52,561 bases of DNA, taken from positions 1 to 52,561 of IMG/VR virus record IMGVR_UViG_3300045738_001973. One strand, given 5' to 3'. The stretch is from a virus. Lineage: Duplodnaviria; Caudoviricetes. The notes below the pieces were generated by a model, which saw only the letters and a list, made by a program, of their open reading frames with translations, was not told where the DNA came from and did not search any database. Shown here one piece after another: positions 1-7,152 of the stretch; the stretch's first letter is position 1; each line of letters starts with the position of its first letter. Position numbers and translations under genes: made by a program.

Positions 1-106
1 CCAAGAAGCATCAACGAAAATGAAAACACATTGGCAATTGCCATTAAGTTGAAACTTCGTTAGAGTAGCCGCCCTTAAAACCAGCTCCACAATGGTTTTA
101 AGTAAA

Positions 107-191
107 GATTTTGGTGAGGTGTCCGAGTGGCTGATTCGGAGGCCTTGCCGGAGAAAACGCCCCTAGGGCGATAACGAGCACGCAGGCGTGT
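107..191 (+). pseudogene. Degenerate 5' copy of tRNA-Ser
   Basis: 107-134 is identical to 235-262 (28 bp). 176-191 GAGCACGC-AG-GCGTGT matches the anticodon stem with a collapsed loop. Confidence 0.6.
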
Positions 192-240
192 GATCCTGAC
201 GCTCGTAAAACCATCTAAAAAGCGCACAAAAAACGATTTT

Positions 241-330
241 GGTGAGGTGTCCGAGTGGCTGAAGGAGCACGCCTGGAAAGCGTGTAACGGGTTAAACTGT
301 TCGAGGGTTCGAATCCCTCCCTCACCGCCA
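241..330 (+). tRNA. tRNA-Ser (anticodon GGA)
   Basis: GGTGAGG/CCTCACC acceptor stem, CACGC-CTGGAAA-GCGTG anticodon arm, long variable arm, GGTTCGAATCC T-loop, encoded CCA. Confidence 0.97.
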
Positions 331-333
331 TTT
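304..333 (+). repeat. Prophage att core (tRNA side)
   Basis: AGGGTTCGAATCCCTCCCTCACCGCCATTT, identical to 41350-41379. Confidence 0.95.
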
Positions 334-407
334 AAACGATTGATAGTAAAGGGATTTATTTATAGCGGTATCGGTTTGGGTCTGTTTTGGGACTAAATCG
401 GGGACTG
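333..407. promoter_or_regulatory. IHF site and integrase arm-type sites next to att
   Basis: TAAACGATTGATA (333-345) fits YAANNNNTTGATW. TGGGTCTG/TGGGACTA/GGGGACTG lie at 377, 388 and 400, and the same motif recurs at 41261-41292. Confidence 0.7.
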
Positions 408-1571
408 TTAAAGGCCTAAGAGCTTGTTGGCTAGGTCTGCTTTGCTGATTCTTTCGTCTTCTCTTATATATTTTGAATACTTCCTGCGCAGCATTGCTTC
501 GGAGGTGTGCCCCATTTGGTCCATGATCCACGACAAATCTAATCCGGCTGTTAATGCTTGCGAGGCGAATGTGTGTCGGCAATTCACTGGGCCGCGAAAC
601 CTTACCTCTGCTTTTGCCAAATGACGTACCCAGAACCCCTGCCTATATAGCTGAATGTCGGTATACGGGCTGCCCGTTCTGGTGTTGATGAATACCGGCC
701 TAAATTGCTCTTTTCGCGTGGTGCGGTTGTCGCGCTGCAGCACGTCTATTGTTATGGGAGCCAAGTGGCCGGTAATTTGATATTGGCTGCGCAGGGCTTC
801 AAGTGCTGGCTTTAGCAAGTCGATTTTGCGTTTAGAGCGCTTGGTTTTGGTGGCTTTGTATTGCCCGGCCACTATGGCGCGTTGCAGTAATGCGTGAGCG
901 TTGTCTAGGTCTACATCATCCCAGCCCAGCGCCATAGATTCAGAAGGCCTTGGGCCGCTCCACATCGAAAACGCCGCAAAGTTAATTTCGCCCTGTCGGC
1001 TGGTTTTGGTTTTTAGAATGGCGTCGATCTCGGCGCGGGTGAACGGGTCTGGGTCTTCGTCGTCTGGCAGCGAAACCTTAATGCCCTCTACCGGGTTAAA
1101 CGCCGTTTTATTGCGCTGGCGGTAAAGGGTAAATACCTGGTTCATTAACGACACAATCTCTTTAATCGATTTGTTGGACAAGTGCTTCAAATCGTTAGCG
1201 ATCCAGTCTTCTACGTGAATAGAGTCTATTTTGTCGGCTTGGCTGTTGCCCCAGCGCGGCCGAATATGGCCATTTACCCAACGGCGGTAATTTAAAATGG
1301 TACTGGGCGCCACCTGTCTGGCTTTAATCTGCAGCCACGTATCTAGCCATACCGCAACCGTATTGCCTTTAAGCTTGGCGCTATTGGGAAAACGACGGGA
1401 ATAGTCGAAAGTACCGGCCTTAATCTCGTGCTTTATTGTGGCTACCAAACCCTCGGCATAGCGCTTATTCTCGGCCGTTGGGTCAATACCCAGCGATTCG
1501 CGGCACTTTTCGCCATTGAAGTAAAAATACACCCGCAGCGTACCGCCGTGGACTTCCCAACCCTTCGCCAT
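408..1571 (-). CDS. int: Tyrosine integrase with N-terminal arm-binding domain
   Basis: GPRPSE (catalytic R), NCRHTFAS, MGH and the C-terminal Tyr; adjacent to att. Confidence 0.95.
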   Translation of the reverse strand: MAKGWEVHGGTLRVYFYFNGEKCRESLGIDPTAENKRYAEGLVATIKHEIKAGTFDYSRRFPNSAKLKGNTVAVWLDTWLQIKARQVAPSTILNYRRWVNGHIRPRWGNSQADKIDSIHVEDWIANDLKHLSNKSIKEIVSLMNQVFTLYRQRNKTAFNPVEGIKVSLPDDEDPDPFTRAEIDAILKTKTSRQGEINFAAFSMWSGPRPSESMALGWDDVDLDNAHALLQRAIVAGQYKATKTKRSKRKIDLLKPALEALRSQYQITGHLAPITIDVLQRDNRTTRKEQFRPVFINTRTGSPYTDIQLYRQGFWVRHLAKAEVRFRGPVNCRHTFASQALTAGLDLSWIMDQMGHTSEAMLRRKYSKYIREDERISKADLANKLLGL

Positions 1572-1663
1572 TAATATCGCCCGTTAATCAAACCGAGTGT
1601 CCAAGGTGATACACCTGCCCTACCCGGTCAAGAAATGCCAATCACAGAACAGGGAGTTCGCCC

Positions 1664-2017
1664 ATGCGCCGCGCCATATTGTTATTTATATCTACCGTGA
1701 TAATTGCTTGCTCTGGCTCCTACGATGACCAGCTCGACGTTATAAACTACGCCTACGCAGAGCACGTACCCAACGCCAAAGGTGCTTGGTGCACCCACAA
1801 AACCATTAATAACCGCGAATACATTGGCTGCCCCTATCAAGTGTCAAAATACAAAAAAACTGCACTATGGATACTCCAAGGCAGCACGTATTACGCAGTA
1901 AACGGAACGGCCCGAGGCGACCGCGAAACAATTGGCACCTACACCGACTTTAAAGATATGCCCTTACCGCTGCCGGCCGATATCGACATACCGGCGGCGA
2001 TAAAAGCGTTTAATTGA
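1664..2017 (+). CDS. Putative lipoprotein moron
   Basis: Short signal peptide ending IIA-C; RBS GGGAG; transcribed opposite to its neighbours. Confidence 0.7.
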   Translation: MRRAILLFISTVIIACSGSYDDQLDVINYAYAEHVPNAKGAWCTHKTINNREYIGCPYQVSKYKKTALWILQGSTYYAVNGTARGDRETIGTYTDFKDMPLPLPADIDIPAAIKAFN

Positions 2018-2062
2018 TAACACTTGCATTGCGCGGGACCTAGCGGCCCGCGAATAGCGGCG

Positions 2063-2509
2063 TTAAATTTTGCGCCCGCGAGTGCCCCGAGCTTCGTTGA
2101 TAGCCATCTTGCGCAGTAGCTGGGCTTCGATGTCGATCCCCTGGGTTACGGTCAGGTCGAGTACTCGCAAGATAATGTCTGCCAGTTCTTCTCCCAGCTT
2201 GTCAGTGGGGTGGTCGCCTCGGCATTCGTTCACGGCTTCGCCCACTTCGCTAGCAATTAATGCAAGGGCTTCCAGCACGGTTTTGTTGTGCCAGCCCATG
2301 CGCTCCACCCAGTCATGTTGAGCATGGGCAATGCCAGAAATTGTCTGTGGCGGGGTGTCGCTGCTGACCTTGCTGGCACCTCTAAGGGCACCATCAAAGT
2401 TGTGCATCACTTCTGGAAAATCGTCATCTACTGGCGCGGTTTGGCGCAGAGCCATGCCTGTTCTGTAAACTTCTCTAAGTGCTTCAAGTTCGCTCATTTG
2501 AGCCTCCAA
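2063..2509 (-). CDS. MazG-like nucleotide pyrophosphohydrolase domain protein
   Basis: EVGEAVNE ... EELADI acidic motifs. Confidence 0.8.
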   Translation of the reverse strand: MEAQMSELEALREVYRTGMALRQTAPVDDDFPEVMHNFDGALRGASKVSSDTPPQTISGIAHAQHDWVERMGWHNKTVLEALALIASEVGEAVNECRGDHPTDKLGEELADIILRVLDLTVTQGIDIEAQLLRKMAINEARGTRGRKI

Positions 2510-2553
2510 AATTTAACAGTTCACGGCAGCGGATAAACCGCTGCATATTTGGG

Positions 2554-2889
2554 TTAAACGTCATACGATCGTAATTTCACCGACTGCCCCGATTGCATTT
2601 TTTTATGACAACCAGGGCAGGTGTAGTTTGATCCAATGGAACCATCACTGTGTATAAAATCTGCCGGATACGGTGCCTGCCACCACCCCGCCGCTAGCCG
2701 CCATAAAGGCGGCTCTCCATCTTCATCGGGGAGCACGGCTAGTGACTTTTTCCCGCAGCATTCGCAAATAGCTCTCACTTTCCCGTTGCTGGTTTTCGCG
2801 TAATTTATATATTCGCTGGGCACAACAATAGATCCGATGCTGGGCTTAAACTCACACAAATACTGCGTTTCAAATTCTTTTGGGGTCAT
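2554..2889 (-). CDS. Hypothetical Zn-finger phage protein
   Basis: CECC ... CPGC; overlaps the upstream ORF. Confidence 0.6.
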   Translation of the reverse strand: MTPKEFETQYLCEFKPSIGSIVVPSEYINYAKTSNGKVRAICECCGKKSLAVLPDEDGEPPLWRLAAGWWQAPYPADFIHSDGSIGSNYTCPGCHKKMQSGQSVKLRSYDV

Positions 2890-3140
2890 GACAGCAACTC
2901 CCGCTGGTAATGTTCAAGCAACTGTTCAGCGCTATTCATATAGCAATCATTGTTTGACTCTATACCTAGCGAGTAAAGAAATTGGCGCTCCCACGAACCG
3001 GGACGCCTTGCGCCGTCGATAATGCTGCTTACAAGGTATTGAACTAATCGTTGTGAATCGGGGTAACCGCTAAATTCAGCGAGCTTGTCTAGCACCTGCT
3101 GATTTACTTCGCTTACCTTTATTTCTAATGTATCTGGCAT
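2886..3140 (-). CDS. Hypothetical phage protein
   Basis: RBS AAGGAG; lies in the early operon. Confidence 0.6.
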   Translation of the reverse strand: MPDTLEIKVSEVNQQVLDKLAEFSGYPDSQRLVQYLVSSIIDGARRPGSWERQFLYSLGIESNNDCYMNSAEQLLEHYQRELLS

Positions 3141-3159
3141 GGCTGTATCTCCTTAAGCC

Positions 3160-3238
3160 TTAAATTTCTGAAAATTGACGTTAATTTTGTTAAACATCGC
3201 CGCCGCTGCTTTGTTGTGGTCCAGTTCAGCGCGGCTTT
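3160..3238 (-). repeat. Diverged 79-bp copy of 3719-3797 (gene 3'-end remnant)
   Basis: Translates KSRAELDHNKAAAAMFNKINVNFQKFKA* versus QSRAELDHKPEAAAMFNKININFQKFKGQL. Confidence 0.8.
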
Positions 3239-3709
3239 TTACTTCTTGGTTCGCAATATTGCTGCTAGCCGGTCGGCGGCTTGGTCTGTATCGGGCTGGT
3301 CGCTTCCGTTACAAATCACGCCGTAACCACATATAAGGCAGCCAAAAAGCTCTTGTTTTCCTACATTAAGGTGCCAAGGCCCAAGCGGCAGGCTGCACCG
3401 TGGACACTCACGTCCATCGAAAGCAAACCATCCAAACTCTTTCTTCTTTAACTCAGGATCTAAATCAGTAAACATCCCCGCCCTAGTACTTACGGCGACA
3501 TCTATCCGCACATTCTTTGCCCACGAGGTGCCATTAATCGCCATACTGGTAATAAAATAGCGGTTCTTTTTCTTGTTAACGATAATTTCTTCTCGGTCGG
3601 TTCCGGGGTTCAAAACCTGCTTTACGAGATATTTAACCGGCTTATCTTCGTATTCGCAGTAAACGGTATAGCCGACTTTAATTTGTCCGGCTGCAGTTAA
3701 ATTCTTCAT
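3239..3709 (-). CDS. Hypothetical protein with C-terminal CxxC..CxxC
   Basis: 156-aa ORF coupled to the upstream gene. Confidence 0.6.
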   Translation of the reverse strand: MKNLTAAGQIKVGYTVYCEYEDKPVKYLVKQVLNPGTDREEIIVNKKKNRYFITSMAINGTSWAKNVRIDVAVSTRAGMFTDLDPELKKKEFGWFAFDGRECPRCSLPLGPWHLNVGKQELFGCLICGYGVICNGSDQPDTDQAADRLAAILRTKK

Positions 3710-3963
3710 AATTGCCCCTTAAATTTCTGAAAATTAATATTGATCTTGTTAAACATCGCCGCCGCTTCGGGTTTGTGGTCCAGTTCAGCGCGGCTTTGTA
3801 CTTTGCAGGCATCCAAAAAGAAGTCGCGGGCGTCTTCTTCAGTATGGGTGCCGTCGGGTATGTCTATTGGGTATTTGGCGTTGCGCATGCGGTCTAGCCA
3901 AAGCCGAAACTTTGGGTTTTGGCAGAGCATGGCAGCGCGGCGCGAAAGCGCCCCGCCCTTCAT
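3706..3963 (-). CDS. Hypothetical phage protein
   Basis: AAMLC..PKF..W ... SRAELDH; start/stop overlaps with both neighbours. Confidence 0.7.
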   Translation of the reverse strand: MKGGALSRRAAMLCQNPKFRLWLDRMRNAKYPIDIPDGTHTEEDARDFFLDACKVQSRAELDHKPEAAAMFNKININFQKFKGQL

Positions 3964-4055
3964 GGCTTGCGACCTTGTTTAGCAATGCGGTGCCGATAGA
4001 TTAATACCAATAAAATCAGTAATACCTCGACAATAAGTAGCCACCAGCCATTCAT
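3960..4055 (-). CDS. 31-aa single-pass membrane peptide (not in ORF track)
   Basis: MNGWWLLIVEVLLILLVLIYRHRIAKQGRKP*; ATGA overlaps with both neighbours. Confidence 0.65.
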   Translation of the reverse strand: MNGWWLLIVEVLLILLVLIYRHRIAKQGRKP

Positions 4056-5524
4056 GCTGCACTCGCCTTGCGCAGCGCCTGCGCCATATTTACCCCCACT
4101 AAAGCAGCGGCAACCGGTGGGCAAACGCTATTCCCACATTTCGCTATTTGCTGAGTTTTAGTTACCGGTTTGCCACTCGCGTCGCGGTTAAATATGTAAT
4201 TAACCGGAAAGCCTTGGGCCGCGAATAGCTCGTGGGGTTGGAGCATACGCATACCAATATCAACGATCTGATATTGCTCACCGCGAACGGTAACCAGCCC
4301 AAAGCGATCGCGGGTTGAAATGGTATGGAGTGGATCGTCAAGGCTCATACCGTCTCGATCATTGCCGTAATACTTCAAAAGGAAGGCTCTCACCTCGCCG
4401 ACATGGTTTCCGCCAGAGGTAAGCGTAGGTATCGGGTCGGTAACGGCTTGGCCAAACTGGGTGTTGCGCAGCTTGACTAGGTGGCTAGTTACCAAGCTGT
4501 GGTGGTCTTGCTGGGTAATGGTGCCAATCGCCTGCTCTACCCCGTGGCCGGTAACGCCGCCGTAGTGCTTAGCCAAAAATGCCGACACCAAACCGATTGG
4601 GGCAGAACCACCGGGTCTTTGTACGTAGCTGGAAGCGGTTACGGTATGTAGTGGGCTTGCTATATCGTGGCCAATAGAACCACTACGAAATTTGGTAACG
4701 TGCGGCGATATCGCCAATGGATCTGCGCCGTTAACAATAAAGGGCTTAGGGTTATCGATGACAAAACGCTGCAAACCCTTAGCAATCCTTCTAAGGGTGT
4801 TCTCTGCCAAGGGCTTTTTACGGCCGAAAATACTTGGGCATGGCAATGTCCAATCGATAATGTCGGCGGCGGTACGGTACTTTTTTAAACCTGGGCCATG
4901 AGTTGGTTTTGGCCACAGAATGGGCTGGCCATCACACCGCGCCACCATAAAAAGGCGCTTTCTTATGGTTGGGGCTCCATAGTCGCAGGCCCGCAATGTT
5001 TTAAATTCCACCTTGTAGCCTTGCCGCCCCAGAGCATTTTTAAAGCTTTGAAACGTTTGCCCTTTGCGTTTAGGGCAGGGTCTTAGGTCGCCATTTTCAT
5101 CAGATATCAGAGGCCCCCACGTTGTGAATTCCTCTACATTTTCCAGCATGATCACACGGGGCTTTACCGTGGCCGCCCAGCGCAACACAACCCACGCCAG
5201 CCCTCGTACTCGAGGCGAAACCGGTGCGCCGCCTTTGGCTTTTGAGAAATGGCGACAATCCGGACTAAACCATGCCAGACCAACCGGCTGCCCTTGGCAG
5301 GCCTCGCGGGGGTCAACCTCCCACACGCTTTCGCAATAATGCTTAGTGCAAGGATGGTTGACCGTGTGCATGCTAATGGCTTGGGGGTCGTGGTTAATCG
5401 CGATATCTACTGGCCGCCCTAGCGCCATTTCAATCCCGGTAGACGCCCCGCCGCCACCGGCAAAGCTATCAATTAGTAGCTCGCCCATATTTAAACGGAG
5501 CTGTGGCACGGTTCGGTAATTCAT
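4052..5524 (-). CDS. DNA cytosine-C5 methyltransferase (orphan)
   Basis: DSFAGGGG (motif I), SPDC (IV), ENV (VI), RKR (VIII), GNSV (X). Confidence 0.93.
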   Translation of the reverse strand: MNYRTVPQLRLNMGELLIDSFAGGGGASTGIEMALGRPVDIAINHDPQAISMHTVNHPCTKHYCESVWEVDPREACQGQPVGLAWFSPDCRHFSKAKGGAPVSPRVRGLAWVVLRWAATVKPRVIMLENVEEFTTWGPLISDENGDLRPCPKRKGQTFQSFKNALGRQGYKVEFKTLRACDYGAPTIRKRLFMVARCDGQPILWPKPTHGPGLKKYRTAADIIDWTLPCPSIFGRKKPLAENTLRRIAKGLQRFVIDNPKPFIVNGADPLAISPHVTKFRSGSIGHDIASPLHTVTASSYVQRPGGSAPIGLVSAFLAKHYGGVTGHGVEQAIGTITQQDHHSLVTSHLVKLRNTQFGQAVTDPIPTLTSGGNHVGEVRAFLLKYYGNDRDGMSLDDPLHTISTRDRFGLVTVRGEQYQIVDIGMRMLQPHELFAAQGFPVNYIFNRDASGKPVTKTQQIAKCGNSVCPPVAAALVGVNMAQALRKASAA

Positions 5525-5994
5525 ACGCCCACCCCTTTCTCAGCAAAAACCAGCGCATTGCGCGCTACGCGGCCGCGGTCTTCCATTGCGTGCGTGGCAT
5601 CGCCGGTTTGCCAGCTGCTTTTGTAGCTGGCTTGGGCTGCGTAAAAGTGCACGGCCTGGGCTAATGCGGTGAGTTTGTGCTGTAGGCCTTCGGGCAGGCG
5701 GCGGGCTTCGGCTTTAACGAGACGCAGTTCGGCTGCGGTGATCAGTACCGGCATGTCGCTGCTCATTGAGTCGATGGGGTCGTTGCCGTTGCCCTGCCAA
5801 AACCACACAGGCGTGTCGCGGTCGCCGCGCAGGTGGTTGGCGAGTTCTTCCGACTTGGCCAGGCGACGCAGTAAATACTGGTTGGTTTCCTGCAGGCGTT
5901 GAATTTCGCCCAGGTAATCGGCCAGTTTGTCTTGTATTGGTTTAGTGGTAGCCTTGGCTGCGCTGCTGCTTTGGCGAGTGAGTGCTGTTTGCAT
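5521..5994 (-). CDS. Hypothetical phage protein
   Basis: RBS AAGGAG; overlaps the MTase start. Confidence 0.65.
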   Translation of the reverse strand: MQTALTRQSSSAAKATTKPIQDKLADYLGEIQRLQETNQYLLRRLAKSEELANHLRGDRDTPVWFWQGNGNDPIDSMSSDMPVLITAAELRLVKAEARRLPEGLQHKLTALAQAVHFYAAQASYKSSWQTGDATHAMEDRGRVARNALVFAEKGVGV

Positions 5995-6065
5995 GGTCTT
6001 TCTCCTTGAGTAGTGGCAGGCATCGGAAAGTTGGCGCTTTCCGGTGCCACATATAAAACATGTTG

Positions 6066-6296
6066 CTAGCTGTCTAATTTCTCCACTGTGATGCGATATT
6101 CAATTTTTCCAGTGTTGCCGTTCCGTATCTCAACTGGCTTGCCAAAAATTTCAACGTGCTGAGCAACGGCAACCAATGCCTGAATAGTCACGTCTTGTTT
6201 ATTTGCCGCCCAGGTCCGACCATCTTTAAGCACCCCGCCAGCAAAAATAGTGTTCGTTAATGGGCTGGTGCCAACGTGTAATTTTTTATTCATCAT
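6066..6296 (-). CDS. Hypothetical phage protein
   Basis: [15 protein letters not shown]; coupled to csrA. Confidence 0.65.
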   Translation of the reverse strand: MMNKKLHVGTSPLTNTIFAGGVLKDGRTWAANKQDVTIQALVAVAQHVEIFGKPVEIRNGNTGKIEYRITVEKLDS

Positions 6297-6517
6297 AACG
6301 ACACTAAGCGCTGGCGCTTGTCGGTCATGGTGGCCACGTTGCTGCGCTGGGCTTGCTTGCGGCGGTAGATTTCTTCGCGGTCTACAGCTACATCGTTTTC
6401 TGCGGTTATGCCCAATCGCACTTGGTTGCCTTTAACGCCCAGCACGGTGACTTCGGTTAGTTTGCCGTTGTCGTCTACCATTAGGGTTTCGCCTATCCGT
6501 CTCGTTAATATCAGCAT
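6293..6517 (-). CDS. csrA: Carbon storage regulator CsrA/RsmA homolog (74 aa, start at 6517)
   Basis: [35 protein letters not shown]; RBS AAGGAG. Confidence 0.9.
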   Translation of the reverse strand: MLILTRRIGETLMVDDNGKLTEVTVLGVKGNQVRLGITAENDVAVDREEIYRRKQAQRSNVATMTDKRQRLVSL

Positions 6518-6545
6518 GGTGTTGCTCCTTGGTTTGTGTCGTCGT

Positions 6546-6686
6546 TTAAAAGGTAACGACGTAGGTAAGCCCTGCGGCAAATAGCCAGTAGAGCCCTTTT
6601 CGCCAGTCGCCAGACATCAAGTAAGGCATTGATGCTGCCGCCTGAATTACCAGCATGGTGGCTGGCAAAATCTTTTCTGCGCCCAT
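6546..6686 (-). CDS. 46-aa hydrophobic protein (not in ORF track)
   Basis: [46 protein letters not shown]; TAATG overlap with the upstream ORF. Confidence 0.65.
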   Translation of the reverse strand: MGAEKILPATMLVIQAAASMPYLMSGDWRKGLYWLFAAGLTYVVTF

Positions 6687-6925
6687 TAGTTGGCCGCCTC
6701 GCTAGGTATTGGATCGCGCAGGTCGTGTGCCTGGGCAAATGCGGTGCGGTCGAGTAGCGCTTTCCAGTCGGCCAGCGGTTTTGCCTCGATGGGCATGCCG
6801 CCGTCGGCTGGGCAATCGGTTTTTGCTAAAAACACCACGTCGAGTAAGGCGGCGGCTAAGGCATTGCCGCCCGCGATTAACTCTTCATAGGTGGCCATGC
6901 CGGGGTCTTCTTTAAATTCGCTCAC
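6686..6925 (-). CDS. Hypothetical phage protein
   Basis: Coupled ORF in the early operon. Confidence 0.55.
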   Translation of the reverse strand: MSEFKEDPGMATYEELIAGGNALAAALLDVVFLAKTDCPADGGMPIEAKPLADWKALLDRTAFAQAHDLRDPIPSEAAN

Positions 6926-7152
6926 TGTGCATTCTCCTTTCTATACCAGCCCATTTGGTTCATATCGTCATCACTTAACGAGGTGATTGATTCGCCCGGT
7001 TTCATAAAAACAAACAAAGTTCCTTCGGGGTATTTGCTTGCTAATTCTTTAACCGCGCGCCGGTCAAAATCACGGTTGGTTCGAATCAGCACCACGCTAT
7101 GGTCTTTTCCGGCGGCCATATCCACGCCAATAATTTCTGGTTCTTCGGTCAC
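6922..7152 (-). CDS. Hypothetical phage protein
   Basis: Overlaps the primase stop. Confidence 0.55.
   Translation of the reverse strand: MTEEPEIIGVDMAAGKDHSVVLIRTNRDFDRRAVKELASKYPEGTLFVFMKPGESITSLSDDDMNQMGWYRKENAQ

Noticed and set aside
190-582. ORFs 190-396 and 322-582
   Set aside because: They overlap the tRNA, att and integrase and are shadow frames.
6020-6049. Hairpin GGCATCGGAAAG...CTTTCCGGTGCC as a named ncRNA
   Set aside because: The stem is real, but there is no family evidence or U-tract, so it cannot be assigned.
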